A DNA stretch of 64,000 nucleotides from a bacterium (lineage in GTDB: Bacteria; Zhuqueibacterota; Zhuqueibacteria; Residuimicrobiales; Krinioviventaceae): assembly GCA_963693055.1 (NCBI GenBank), contig OY843751.1:5344001-5408000 (forward strand), written 5' to 3'. The notes under the pieces were generated by a model, which saw nothing but the letters and a program-made list of their open reading frames with translations, was not told the DNA's origin and did no database searches. Shown here piece by piece: positions 10,070-21,043 of the stretch. Made by a program: the position numbers and the translations under genes. Position 1 is the first letter of the stretch. The number at the start of each line of letters is the position of its first letter.

Positions 10070-11476
10070 CTATTTTCCCGGGGAAAAAATATGAATTGCC
10101 TTGCGGTCAATATCTTCAGCAGCCTCTCCCAATCCTTCAGGCAAAGTGGGATGCGCGTGAATGGTTAATGAAAGATCTTCTACATGCAATGCGGATTCTA
10201 CCGCCAGAGCACCTTCTGCTATGAGATCAGACGCATGGGGTCCTATTATATGAACACCCAATACTGTACCGGTTTCTGCGTCTGAAACGATTTTGGTCAA
10301 ACCTTCAGTGTTACCCATTGTCATTGCACGGCCCAATGCTTTGAACGGAAACACACCGGTTTTGACGTCAAGCCCCTGTTCTTTGGCCTGTGCTTCAGTC
10401 ATGCCAACAGTCGCTATTTCAGGGTCAGTAAAAATAACACCGGGAATAGCAAGGTTATCAAACGCGGACTTTTTTCCGGAAATCACTTCAGCGGCAACTT
10501 TACCCATGTGTGAAGCCCGATGCGCCAGCATGGGTCCTCGAACAAGATCACCAATTGCATACACATTTTCATTGGATGTCTGCATTTTCGAATTCACTTG
10601 TACAAAGCCCTGCTCATCCAAATCTATTTGAAGATGTTCAAGTCCCAAATCATTGCTGTTTGGCTTGCGCCCTATGGATACCAGTACTTTATCCGCGTCA
10701 AGCGGTTCTGTACCATTATGCTGAATAACAACCTGCCCATCTTTAACGGATTCTATTTGTGCACCCAGCATGAGTTTAATATTATGAACCTTTAATGACT
10801 TTTTCAAAACCCGTATCAACTCGGGTTCATAATTTGGCAACAATGCATCCTCTGCTTCTATTATAGTTACCACAGAACCCAGTTTGGAATAAATGAGAGC
10901 CATTTCCAGCCCTACCGAACCCGCCCCCACAACTAGTAACCGTTCTGGTACTTTTTCCAGTTCCAAAGCCCCTGACGAATCAATAATTCGCTCATCATCA
11001 AAAGGGATACCGGACAATTCACGCGGCCGTGAGCCAGTTGCCAATATCAAATTTTCAAAAGCAAATCGTTGTAATCCCGATTTTGAAGAAACCATTATTG
11101 TTTTATCATCAGCAATTTTGGCTGTACCTTCAATGCGTTCTATCTCATTCTTTTCAAGCAGTGTTCCAATTCCATTTCGCAGTCGGGTAACAATACCGTC
11201 TTTCCAGTGATGCAGCTTTTTCATATCCAGCTCAACATCTCCAATCAACAGCCCCATATCCGCAGCATGCTTTAGCTCATACTTTAATCCTGAAACTTCA
11301 ATCATGGCTTTGGAGGGAATACAACCCCAGTTCAGACATACACCACCAATGTTTGACTTTTCAATCAAAACCACTTCCTGACCGGTTTGCGCAGCCCTAA
11401 TAGCAGCCACATATCCGCCCGGACCGGCCCCAATCACTACTGTCTGTACATTCTGGGTAAAATCTCCAACAACCAT
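10070..11476 (-). CDS. lpdA: Dihydrolipoyl dehydrogenase (E3)
   Basis: GAGPGGYVAA, redox disulfide GGVCLNWGCIPSK, HAHPTLPE. Confidence 0.96.
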   Translation of the reverse strand: MVVGDFTQNVQTVVIGAGPGGYVAAIRAAQTGQEVVLIEKSNIGGVCLNWGCIPSKAMIEVSGLKYELKHAADMGLLIGDVELDMKKLHHWKDGIVTRLRNGIGTLLEKNEIERIEGTAKIADDKTIMVSSKSGLQRFAFENLILATGSRPRELSGIPFDDERIIDSSGALELEKVPERLLVVGAGSVGLEMALIYSKLGSVVTIIEAEDALLPNYEPELIRVLKKSLKVHNIKLMLGAQIESVKDGQVVIQHNGTEPLDADKVLVSIGRKPNSNDLGLEHLQIDLDEQGFVQVNSKMQTSNENVYAIGDLVRGPMLAHRASHMGKVAAEVISGKKSAFDNLAIPGVIFTDPEIATVGMTEAQAKEQGLDVKTGVFPFKALGRAMTMGNTEGLTKIVSDAETGTVLGVHIIGPHASDLIAEGALAVESALHVEDLSLTIHAHPTLPEGLGEAAEDIDRKAIHIFSPGK

Positions 11477-11490
11477 TACAATTCCTCCTG

Positions 11491-12726
11491 TCAGGCTTCT
11501 ATCAACATGCGCATGGGATCACTCAGCCGCGCAATAATATGATTGAGAAAACGCGCCATCACCGCACCATCCAGCAAACGATGGTCAAAAGAAACCACCA
11601 GAGGCATCATTGCTCTTATAACCACCTCGTCATTGATCACAACCGGCTTTTTACGTGCCTGCATAACACCCAGTATTGCAACCTGGGGATGCTGAATAAT
11701 TGGAGTTGCATGAATTCCGCCTAACGCGCCAATATTGGTGATGGTAAATGTACCACCACGCAACTCTTCAAGTTCAATCCGGCGTTCTCTGGCCTTTTTG
11801 GCCAACTCGTGGATCTTTTCTGCAATTTGTAAAATACTCATCTTGTCCGCATCACGTATAACCGGTACCATCAATCCATGATCTGTATCTGCTGCAATTC
11901 CGAGATGATAGTAATCTTTATAAACAATGTCTCCCTTTTCTTCATCCAGAGAACAATTGACTTCGGGATATGCCTGCAATGCGGATATCACAGCCTTGGC
12001 AATAAAGCTGGTCATAGTTACCCGAACGCCTTGCTCTTCCATAAAATCTTTTTGCTTTTTCAAAACAGCCAACAGCTCCGTTACATCTACCTCGTCCGCT
12101 TGGCTGACATGCGGTATGGTGGAATAAGATCTTACCATAGCTTCTGCAATACGTTTACGCACACCCTTGAGCGGGAGCCTGCGCGTAGGCCCATAATTAT
12201 CAAAATCCACCGAGTATAAAGGGCCATCTTTGAGGTCAGCCGTCTTGGGAATGAGAGATGCTTCCTGACTTTTTCGTTTTACAGCCTTTTTCACATCCTC
12301 ATCGGTTACCCGTCCATATTTACCCGTACCAGCCACCAATTCAATATCTACACCCAATTCCCTTGCATACTGGCGGGTATGAGGCGTTGCCAACACTCTA
12401 CGGTCCTGAGGCGGAGCGATTACTGGTTTTTTAACAGGTTCAGGCACATTTTCTTTAATTTCTTCTTTTTCAATAGGCAGTTCTTTGCCCTGAATATCGA
12501 AAACAATAATAGGATCTCCAACCGTAATCACATCACCGGGATTAAACGGCAGTTCTACCACCGCACCCGCAACAGGGCTGGGTAAAGATACAACCGCCTT
12601 GTCCGTTTCAATGCTTAAAACGTCTACGTCAACCTCAACCTGGTCTCCAACCTGAACCGTATATTCTACAAGCTCTGCCTCATGAATACCTTCTCCAACA
12701 TCGGGTAAATGAAACACATATCTCAT
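11491..12726 (-). CDS. pdhC: 2-oxoacid dehydrogenase E2 acyltransferase with one lipoyl domain
   Basis: Lipoyl ETDKA, E3-binding [15 protein letters not shown], catalytic SFDHRLLDG; PDH versus branched-chain specificity not resolvable. Confidence 0.9.
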   Translation of the reverse strand: MRYVFHLPDVGEGIHEAELVEYTVQVGDQVEVDVDVLSIETDKAVVSLPSPVAGAVVELPFNPGDVITVGDPIIVFDIQGKELPIEKEEIKENVPEPVKKPVIAPPQDRRVLATPHTRQYARELGVDIELVAGTGKYGRVTDEDVKKAVKRKSQEASLIPKTADLKDGPLYSVDFDNYGPTRRLPLKGVRKRIAEAMVRSYSTIPHVSQADEVDVTELLAVLKKQKDFMEEQGVRVTMTSFIAKAVISALQAYPEVNCSLDEEKGDIVYKDYYHLGIAADTDHGLMVPVIRDADKMSILQIAEKIHELAKKARERRIELEELRGGTFTITNIGALGGIHATPIIQHPQVAILGVMQARKKPVVINDEVVIRAMMPLVVSFDHRLLDGAVMARFLNHIIARLSDPMRMLIEA

Positions 12727-12728
12727 GG

Positions 12729-13706
12729 TTAAAACTCCATAGTTTGTTGAATGGCTCTAACCACACGTTCAGCATTGGGATAATTATAATTTTCCAGTTT
12801 CAACAACGGTGGTACAATATCATAACTGGTTACGCGTTTGATGGGAGCAAGCAAGTTTAGCAAACATCTTTCACCAACCAGGGCCGCTATTTCTGCGCCT
12901 ACTCCAAAAGATCTGGGGGCTTCATGCACAATAACAAGGCGACCTGTTTTTTCAACTGATTTTGTGATGGCTTCCAAATCAAAAGGAGAAACAGTACGTA
13001 AATCCAGTACTTCTGTACTAATACCCTGATTTTCCGCATGCTTTGCCGCATCCAGACAAACCGGCACCATTCCACCCCAGGTAACCAATGTAATATCTGT
13101 GCCATCACTTACAACCTTGGCTTTTCCTATGGGTATCCTGTACAAATCTTCAGGTACTTCTTCTTTTTTAATTCTATATAATCGTTTTGGTTCAAGAAAT
13201 ACTACCGGATCTGGATCTTCAATCGCGGAAATCAACAAACCTTTTGCATCAGCAGGATTCGATGGAACGATCACTTTGAGTCCGGGAACATGTGCAATTA
13301 TAGCTTCCGTACTTTCAGAATGATGCTCAACTGCACGCACACCCGCACCATACGGCATTCTTACAACCATAGGCAAACCCACCTGACCCAGAGTGCGGTG
13401 TCTCCATCTTGCTGCATTGTTTATTAATTGATCAAATCCCTGATATAAAAATCCCATAAACTGTATTTCAACCAGCGGTTTTAAACCATTTATTGCCATA
13501 CCTATTGCCGAACCCATAATCGAAGATTCTGCAAGGGGCATATCTATCACCCTTTCAGCACCGAATGCTTCAAACAGACCATCCGTAGCACGGAAAACAC
13601 CTCCATCCACACCAACATCTTCACCCATCACAACAACGGAATTGTCATCTTGCATTTTCAAAGAGATGGCCTCATTTATGGCCTGTACCATCGTTTTTCT
13701 AGCCAT
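12729..13706 (-). CDS. pdhB: 2-oxoacid dehydrogenase E1 beta subunit
   Basis: [30 protein letters not shown]. Confidence 0.92.
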   Translation of the reverse strand: MARKTMVQAINEAISLKMQDDNSVVVMGEDVGVDGGVFRATDGLFEAFGAERVIDMPLAESSIMGSAIGMAINGLKPLVEIQFMGFLYQGFDQLINNAARWRHRTLGQVGLPMVVRMPYGAGVRAVEHHSESTEAIIAHVPGLKVIVPSNPADAKGLLISAIEDPDPVVFLEPKRLYRIKKEEVPEDLYRIPIGKAKVVSDGTDITLVTWGGMVPVCLDAAKHAENQGISTEVLDLRTVSPFDLEAITKSVEKTGRLVIVHEAPRSFGVGAEIAALVGERCLLNLLAPIKRVTSYDIVPPLLKLENYNYPNAERVVRAIQQTMEF

Positions 13707-14761
13707 TACTTCACCTCCCCGCCATTATACAACTCCAAAACCTCTTTTTGCTGTTCTAGCAAATTCCAGGGAAGGGTGTGATACATATTTGCAAACATAT
13801 CCTGTGGCTGCATGGGTGTAACGGATTCAAATTCCGCTACAGCGTCTTCAACCTCCTGTAAACATTGCGCAACAATACCCTTTTCATCCTCATCTGACCA
13901 ATTTTCGTTTTCCTGAAGATACTTTCTTAACCTATCAATGGGGTCCCGTTTTTGCCACATGGCTACTTCTTTAGGATCACGATAACGGCTGGCATCGTCT
14001 GCTGTTGTATGGTCGCTCAGGCGATAGGTTACAAGCTCTATTAATGCCGGTTTCTGTTCTTTTCTTGCACGGTCAGCATATTTTCTAATCGTTTCATACA
14101 CAGCAAAAACATCATTTCCATCAACCCTTACCCCCTGCATATTATAAGCTGCCGCCCGCTCTGCAATGGTTGGCGACGCAGACTGCTTATGTACCGGCAT
14201 TGATATAGCCCAGCCATTATTCTGCACAACATAAACCACAGGTAAATTAAACAATGAGACCATATTCATACTCTCATGAAAGTCTCCTTGCGAAGTTGCA
14301 CCGTCACCCAAAGCACACAAGACCATACCCGGTTCTTTTTTTACTTTTTTTGCATAGGCAATACCAGCAGCATGCGGAAGCTGCCCTGCTACAATTACCT
14401 GAGTTGGTGTGATATTAGAACCGGCAGGCATTTGCCCACCGCGCTCATCTCCATTCCAGTATCTAAACTGGTCTTTCAAAGATACACCACGTACAAAGAG
14501 AGCGCCAAACTCCCGAAAAGCCGGCACAAACCAGTCATCCTTTTGCAACGGAAAGGCCATGCCAACATTCGAGGCTTCCTGACCTTTCACCGAACCCAAT
14601 GTTCCCATTCGTCCTTGCCGCTGCAAACTCAGGGCTTTATCGTTCCAGGTGCGGGTTAGTACCATCCAGCGATAGAGTTCTTTTATCTGTTCGAAGGTCA
14701 AATCAGGCTTTTTGCTGCATTGGCCTTTTTCATTCAACAATTGTATTAGATCGGATTTCAC
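13706..14761 (-). CDS. pdhA: 2-oxoacid dehydrogenase E1 alpha subunit
   Basis: LQRQGRMG, TPP motif GDGATSQGDFHE...NN, YRLSDHTTADD. Confidence 0.92.
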   Translation of the reverse strand: MKSDLIQLLNEKGQCSKKPDLTFEQIKELYRWMVLTRTWNDKALSLQRQGRMGTLGSVKGQEASNVGMAFPLQKDDWFVPAFREFGALFVRGVSLKDQFRYWNGDERGGQMPAGSNITPTQVIVAGQLPHAAGIAYAKKVKKEPGMVLCALGDGATSQGDFHESMNMVSLFNLPVVYVVQNNGWAISMPVHKQSASPTIAERAAAYNMQGVRVDGNDVFAVYETIRKYADRARKEQKPALIELVTYRLSDHTTADDASRYRDPKEVAMWQKRDPIDRLRKYLQENENWSDEDEKGIVAQCLQEVEDAVAEFESVTPMQPQDMFANMYHTLPWNLLEQQKEVLELYNGGEVK

Positions 14762-15489
14762 GCAAGCTCCGTCAATAGTTTATTTTCATTTAATAATTCA
14801 TCTATCTTTTCATTAAAAAAAAGATTCTGTTCATATTTAACAATCTTACGTCCATATACATTCTCAAAATGGCTCGTAAAATGCTCTGCTACCTCATTAT
14901 GAGTGGGTCTAACACCTGTATTCTCTTCTATCGTAGTCAATTTTACCCCATCCAAACCACAGGGTTTTATAAAATCAGCCGGGGTCTTGTCACCAGCAAG
15001 ATTCAAGGCCATTCCAAAACTGGTTACCCATCGGGATACCCGAATACCGGTTGAAGCAATTTTTTTCTCCCCTGTCCACAAACCAATCTGTGCCGCTTGC
15101 TCACGTTTACGACTGGCACTAACGCCAAAATCTTTTAACGTTAACAGACCAATTTCTTCAAGATTGTACATATATTGTGGAATGTTACGCTCATGCGGTC
15201 CCAATTTGAGCAAGGGATAGCAGATGAGTTGTCCCGGCCAGTAATAGGTCAGACCACCACCACGCACACTTTTGTGCAAAAAAATACCCTGGTCTTGAAA
15301 AAAATCCAGGGGTTTTAATATATCTTTTTCATTAAATGCTTTTGATCCAACAGACAGGCAGGATTCATAAGAGAACAACAATAATAGATCAGGGATCGCA
15401 TCCTCTACCCTTAAATCCACAAGTCGTTTCAAAAAATTATCCATAACCGGTAACGAAACGGTTTGCAAACGTATTAAAAGACTTTTCAC
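14758..15489 (-). CDS. lipB: Lipoyl(octanoyl) transferase LipB-like, divergent
   Basis: RGGGLTYYWPGQLICYP, KIASTGI, PCG; first gene of the dehydrogenase operon. Confidence 0.8.
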   Translation of the reverse strand: MKSLLIRLQTVSLPVMDNFLKRLVDLRVEDAIPDLLLLFSYESCLSVGSKAFNEKDILKPLDFFQDQGIFLHKSVRGGGLTYYWPGQLICYPLLKLGPHERNIPQYMYNLEEIGLLTLKDFGVSASRKREQAAQIGLWTGEKKIASTGIRVSRWVTSFGMALNLAGDKTPADFIKPCGLDGVKLTTIEENTGVRPTHNEVAEHFTSHFENVYGRKIVKYEQNLFFNEKIDELLNENKLLTELA

Positions 15490-15547
15490 CTGGTTCCCAA
15501 CTTTTATTCTATTGCTTTAGGGGAGTAGAACGAATTTAACAGACAAA

Positions 15548-15585
15548 ATATTCCAGAGATATGCACTAACAGCTCTCTGGAATAT
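15548..15585 (-). terminator. Intrinsic terminator-like hairpin after the sacsin-like gene
   Basis: Perfect 12-bp IR ATATTCCAGAGA / TCTCTGGAATAT with a 14-nt loop and a short T tract on the minus strand. Confidence 0.65.
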
Positions 15586-15597
15586 CTGCCTGCCGCA

Positions 15598-18500
15598 TTA
15601 TTGCATAATAAAGGCAGGCTCTTCTTTTTCTTCTTTAAAAGTTTCGGTAATTTCAAACCCCAATTCACTCAATGCATGATATGCCTGTTTCTTACTTTCA
15701 CTTGAGAGGACTTCTTTCAGCACAGGGGATAACCATCCCACATTCTTAAACGGAAGTATATGAAATGCCAGTTCACGCGCAATAGACGCCCAGGGTATTC
15801 CACTTTTTGAACAATAGTACAAGCTGTTCTTGGTCGCATCATAATAAGCATTGACCGATTCCGGTTTAGCCTGCTGTTTGTGGCCATTAACCAAAAGTGA
15901 AAATTCAACTTGCAAACTGTCTGCCTGATAAACGTTCAGCGTCTCAATAAAATCAAAATTTACCATTTCTTCACTATTCATGGTAATTGAATTGGCAATC
16001 TGGGTAAACATATCTTTTCGATTTTGAATACGGGCCACCAGCTCAGAATCTTGTTTTTGCTTATCAACTTTGACAACATGTGAGCTAAGCGCTTCACTCA
16101 ACATTCTTACACCAACGGCACGTTTTGCCCGAAATGAATTAATACTCAATGTTACAAACTGATTTTTTATATCATCTCCAAGATAGGCAGATATATTGGG
16201 ACGATCGTTAAAAAACACCTTTTCCGGAGAAACCAGAATATTTTTATGGTTGGCAACCACCATATTCTCTTTAACTTTTTTAATCTCTTCAATCGGCATG
16301 GAATTAATAAAGCGATAACAATATTCCAAAATGCTAACAATACCATCCGAAACCGGTCGTCTTGCCCTTGCATATTCATTTTGAATATCCTGAATGACCA
16401 AAAGCGCATCACGCGGCTGCGGATCTTCTTTTACACCCAACTTTTTCAACAGATCAGAATAATTATACCACTTGGCATCCAATTGCTTTCTAAAATGTCC
16501 AAAAGCATGCTTGCCGAGAAAAACCTTGTCCGCCGTAAAGAAACCTTCTCCTTGCATATGTATAAAGGGTTTATTCTTTAACCGTTCTATACAAGCAAGT
16601 TGATAATACCGGTTCAAATATTTATAAATCAGAGGATTAATATCTTGCTTGTTCTTGATACAATGCAAAATATGAGATACAACCATATCGCATTCAGGTT
16701 TAGAAGGTATATTCAAAAACCTGATAAACGCGCCAAACAACTTTTGTCTCTCAACATCCAGGAATTTCACCTGACTTTTGAACAAATAAGAATTAAATCG
16801 TGTATATACTTCTTCCGGGGTATACCAATTTTCATAATCATCTTCTACCGGAAGCCATTTTTCAGTTTTTAGGAAATTAAAATTCTCCCGTTGTTTCATG
16901 TCAATCTGCTTCCACACTGTGCCCAGGTAGGCAAAAATCTCTTGTGCGGTATTTCTATTTTCAAAATCCGGTATTGATCCTGTAATCGCTTTTATTTTCT
17001 CCAAAATATCATTGGGTTTGGGTATGGTATTAATATCAAGCCAACGATACAATTCAAGCAATGACTTTCTTTTTTCAATGGATTGCTTTACAAATTTACC
17101 ACTCTGCCCCAGAATAGAAAGCAAATCATTGTCGTGAAAATATACTTCTGTCGCTTTTCTAAAGACACCATCATTACATTCTACTATGGGTAATTCTTTA
17201 AACGTTAAGCGGATCTCTTCATTTCCCCAGATCTCGCCCAAATATCGGGACAATAGAAGCACAAGCTCTTGTCTTTTAGCTTTGGGCAATTTTTTCTTGT
17301 TCTTGAAAAGCTCGGGAACAAAATCTTTGGTGTAATTGACAATATTCAATTCATTGACTTTGAGGTCATTCAGCAAGTCACGGTAATGACTGAGAATTGA
17401 TTTGTCTATAATCATAGACAGGTTTAACGGATCTTCAAAATTACCAGGTATAAACAACTGCTCCAGAGAATACAGCTTGAACCCGGATGGCCAGATAGTT
17501 AATTTACGAATACGGTCAATCAACACCGGATCGTTTTTAATAATGGCTCTGTGCTGATCAAACCAATCAATAAGATGTATAATGGATTTAGGTTCCTTAT
17601 TCCAAAAAGCTTCCAGATGGTTCACATCCGAGGCATCAAACAAATCTCGTACACCTAAATTCACCACATCAATAGCAGCATAGACATCAAACTTGCTGAT
17701 CAATGCCTTGATCCCTTTGGGATTAGCATCCGAAGTAAACACAAATGCCAGATCCAGATCACCAAATAATCGTGCTTCATCATCACTTGCAATCCACAAG
17801 CTCTTGGGAGCGCTAAGCTTGTTCAGAAAAGATATTGCAATATGGCAGGACTGAATTGCATCCAACGCACGTTCTTTTTCTTCCGGTTCTATACGCTCAA
17901 GCAGCCGGGTAATTTCTTCGGCCAGTTTTTCACGTTCGAAATCAGATTGAAACCATTCCGGTGCTTCTTTTAGTTCACGGTTTTTGTCAAAGCCGTTTGC
18001 ATTCAATGCTTTTGCAAGATTATAAATTGACAGAACCGGAACATTTATAGATTCATTGCGCAGCAGCTTAAACTTTTCATACAGATCAAAATGAACAATA
18101 TGCAGACCTAATTTTTCAAAAATAGGCAGCAATTCATACTCTTTTTCATCTTTTAACAAAAAGGCGTCTTTGGCATGTACCCACTCACCTTTGCTGGTAT
18201 AAACAATTTTTTCAGCTGCAAGCTTGGTTTGTAAAATTTCCCAAACTTTTTTGATAACAGGTGCATTATACCCATCAACAGACTTTAAATAGGCTTCATA
18301 AATACGTTCCAGAAAACTCCAAAACTCACGTGGGCCTAAAAACTCTGAAATCTTGTCAAGATTATCCATCAGACTGTATGACGCTGCCAAAATAGCGGCC
18401 TGGTTCCACTGCGCCTGGAAATCGTTTTCAAACAATACACGTTTACGGTCAGTAGACGTAAAAAAGTCTGCATTGATATGAAATGGCAAACTGGTCTGGT

Positions 18501-19317
18501 GTGATGTTGGCAGATAGGCGTAAAATTCACCCTGGAATTTAAAAAAATCATGCGGAATTGCCAACTGAACATCCGCTTCACGTTTATCTTCAATATGATA
18601 ACTGAATTTACGACGTAATTCAAGCGCAACTTTGTTGAAATGCGTCTTGATTACAAACCAGTCTGTACGTTTTTCATCAATATTAAAAGACATGATATCG
18701 TCTTTGACTGGCAAGCGAGATATATCTTTAATAACTTTGCCATTTTCTTTAACAACCACATTTTCTATTTTACGCAGGAACAAAATATTCCTTGGTAATA
18801 TGGTCATCAATTCATATGTAAAATCTTGAATGGTTTTTTCAGTAATATGTTCAAGTTTTAATTTTGTACGGACCTGACTGTTGGGATTTCTTGCCCAGGG
18901 AAAACCAAAATAGGTTTTACCATAATCCTTGGTTTCGATCTCGATAATGCGTTGTTGTTCATTGGCTTCAGGATAAAAAGTCCATTTTTTACCTGCGGAA
19001 ACAATAATGGGGTTATCTGTAATCTGATAAACAGACAAAAATCCAATGCCAAATGTACCAATTGTATTTAATTCAAGGCTTTTTTGACCTGCCGCAATCC
19101 GGCGTAAACGGTCAAAATCTTTATCACGAAAAGAACCATTATTTTCAACAAACAATGCCATCTCGTTAATATCAAACGACACTTGGGTTACTTCTGGTGC
19201 ATCATCAGCATTTTGTAACAATTCATTTGCAAGTGTAGAATACCCCTTCAAATCCCTCAACTTTGCACCCAGAAACCCTAAAAAGTCAATACTTTGCTCT
19301 AAATATCTCTTTGCCAT
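15598..19317 (-). CDS. Sacsin-like protein with N-terminal GHKL (Hsp90-like) ATPase domain
   Basis: ELLQNADDA, ENNGSF, GTFGIGFLSVYQITDNP, LPFHINADF; degenerate internal repeats; no C-terminal nuclease recognised. Confidence 0.82.
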   Translation of the reverse strand: MAKRYLEQSIDFLGFLGAKLRDLKGYSTLANELLQNADDAPEVTQVSFDINEMALFVENNGSFRDKDFDRLRRIAAGQKSLELNTIGTFGIGFLSVYQITDNPIIVSAGKKWTFYPEANEQQRIIEIETKDYGKTYFGFPWARNPNSQVRTKLKLEHITEKTIQDFTYELMTILPRNILFLRKIENVVVKENGKVIKDISRLPVKDDIMSFNIDEKRTDWFVIKTHFNKVALELRRKFSYHIEDKREADVQLAIPHDFFKFQGEFYAYLPTSHQTSLPFHINADFFTSTDRKRVLFENDFQAQWNQAAILAASYSLMDNLDKISEFLGPREFWSFLERIYEAYLKSVDGYNAPVIKKVWEILQTKLAAEKIVYTSKGEWVHAKDAFLLKDEKEYELLPIFEKLGLHIVHFDLYEKFKLLRNESINVPVLSIYNLAKALNANGFDKNRELKEAPEWFQSDFEREKLAEEITRLLERIEPEEKERALDAIQSCHIAISFLNKLSAPKSLWIASDDEARLFGDLDLAFVFTSDANPKGIKALISKFDVYAAIDVVNLGVRDLFDASDVNHLEAFWNKEPKSIIHLIDWFDQHRAIIKNDPVLIDRIRKLTIWPSGFKLYSLEQLFIPGNFEDPLNLSMIIDKSILSHYRDLLNDLKVNELNIVNYTKDFVPELFKNKKKLPKAKRQELVLLLSRYLGEIWGNEEIRLTFKELPIVECNDGVFRKATEVYFHDNDLLSILGQSGKFVKQSIEKRKSLLELYRWLDINTIPKPNDILEKIKAITGSIPDFENRNTAQEIFAYLGTVWKQIDMKQRENFNFLKTEKWLPVEDDYENWYTPEEVYTRFNSYLFKSQVKFLDVERQKLFGAFIRFLNIPSKPECDMVVSHILHCIKNKQDINPLIYKYLNRYYQLACIERLKNKPFIHMQGEGFFTADKVFLGKHAFGHFRKQLDAKWYNYSDLLKKLGVKEDPQPRDALLVIQDIQNEYARARRPVSDGIVSILEYCYRFINSMPIEEIKKVKENMVVANHKNILVSPEKVFFNDRPNISAYLGDDIKNQFVTLSINSFRAKRAVGVRMLSEALSSHVVKVDKQKQDSELVARIQNRKDMFTQIANSITMNSEEMVNFDFIETLNVYQADSLQVEFSLLVNGHKQQAKPESVNAYYDATKNSLYYCSKSGIPWASIARELAFHILPFKNVGWLSPVLKEVLSSESKKQAYHALSELGFEITETFKEEKEEPAFIMQ

Positions 19318-19522
19318 GTTTTATCAACCTGTTTTGATATGAGAAAGAAATTATTCCCATGTTTTAATTCTTAAAATTTAACAGATAAATACAGGATTCT
19401 ATTTCATTGCAACAGCAAATTCACAGAATCCTGATGTATAATAATGTAAAGACAAAAGTATTTGTTTGCGTAATAAGAGAGGTCGCGTCTTCCCTACTCT
19501 GTCCCCTTACCCACAAAAATTA

Positions 19523-21031
19523 TCAATCAATCCAGTTAAATGTACGCTCTACAGCTTTTAACCATTTCTTGTACCCCGTATCATAAGCGGAGGAGCCTTT
19601 ATTGGGCTGCCAGGTATGCCCAGCCTGCCAGTTTTTACGCAGGTCATCCAGATCTTTCCAGTAACCTACAGCCAAACCCGCTGCATATGCAGCTCCCAAA
19701 GCTGTGGTTTCCGTTATTTGCGGCATTACTACCGGTACCTGCAACACATCTGCCTGGAACTGCATCAGCATTTTGTTTACAACCATACCGCCATCTACTT
19801 TGAGTGTTTGCAGATCTACACCGGAATCTCTTACCATAGCATCAAGAATCTCACGGGTCTGAAAAGCGGTAGATTCCAATACAGAGCGTGCAATATGACC
19901 CTTGTTCACATAGCGTGTCAGACCAACAATCACACCTCTGGCATCAGATTTCCAATAGGGTGCAAACAGGCCTGAAAATGCGGGCACAAAATAAACCCCA
20001 CCATTGTCTTCAACTGTAGCCGCTAATGATTCGATCTCATCCGAAGACTTGATCATACCTAAATTGTCCCTTATCCACTGAACCAGCGCACCGGTAATGG
20101 CAATAGAACCTTCAAGCGCATAAACCTGCTTTTCATCACCAAAACGGTAGCCAACAGTAGTTAAAAGGCCATTTTCACTAAACACCGGAGTTTCGCCGGT
20201 ATTGAGCAGCATAAAACAACCGGTTCCATAGGTGTTTTTGGCTTCTCCTACATTAAAAGCGGTTTGACCCACCAATGCAGCCTGCTGATCTCCCAGTATT
20301 CCGCTTATAGGGACCTCTGCGCCTAAAAAGCCTTCTTTGGTTGTTGTTCCATATACCTTTGAAGAAGAATGGATCTCGGGCAGCATACCCTGAGGTACCT
20401 CAAGCAGAGAAAGCATCTCCGCATCCCATTCCAAGGTTTCGATATTCATAAGAAGTGTTCGGCTAGCATTGGTTACATCAGTAATATGCATACCACCTTT
20501 AGCACCGCCGGTCAGGTTCCACACTACCCAGGTGTCCATATTCCCAAAGATAGCAGTGCCCTTTTCTATACCTTCCTTAACCGCATCAACATTATCAATC
20601 AACCATTTGATCTTGGGTCCGGAAAAATAAGTTGATACCGGCAGTCCGGTATGTTTTTGAAATGTTTCTTGTCCACCGGCCTTTTGTTCAAGTGTTTTGC
20701 AACAAGTATCTGTACGGGTATCTTGCCATACCAGAGCATTGTACAAGGGTTTTCCGGTTTCCTTGTCCCAAACCAAGGTTGTTTCACGCTGATTGGTAAT
20801 ACCAATAGCTGCCAGATCATCGGCTTTTAAATTGGCTTTTGCTAATGCCCCGGTAATAACCGCACGGGTATTGTCCCAAATCTCCACGGCATTATGCTCT
20901 ACCCAGCCGGGTTTGGGGTATATCTGTTCATGCTCTTTTTGACTTACGGAAACAATGTTTCCCTGATAATCAAAAATAATAAATCTGCTGCTTGTGGTTC
21001 CCTGATCAATCGCTCCCACATATGCTTTCAT
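19523..21031 (-). CDS. glpK: Glycerol kinase
   Basis: [35 protein letters not shown]. Confidence 0.97.
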   Translation of the reverse strand: MKAYVGAIDQGTTSSRFIIFDYQGNIVSVSQKEHEQIYPKPGWVEHNAVEIWDNTRAVITGALAKANLKADDLAAIGITNQRETTLVWDKETGKPLYNALVWQDTRTDTCCKTLEQKAGGQETFQKHTGLPVSTYFSGPKIKWLIDNVDAVKEGIEKGTAIFGNMDTWVVWNLTGGAKGGMHITDVTNASRTLLMNIETLEWDAEMLSLLEVPQGMLPEIHSSSKVYGTTTKEGFLGAEVPISGILGDQQAALVGQTAFNVGEAKNTYGTGCFMLLNTGETPVFSENGLLTTVGYRFGDEKQVYALEGSIAITGALVQWIRDNLGMIKSSDEIESLAATVEDNGGVYFVPAFSGLFAPYWKSDARGVIVGLTRYVNKGHIARSVLESTAFQTREILDAMVRDSGVDLQTLKVDGGMVVNKMLMQFQADVLQVPVVMPQITETTALGAAYAAGLAVGYWKDLDDLRKNWQAGHTWQPNKGSSAYDTGYKKWLKAVERTFNWID

Positions 21032-21043
21032 AGCTATTCCTCG

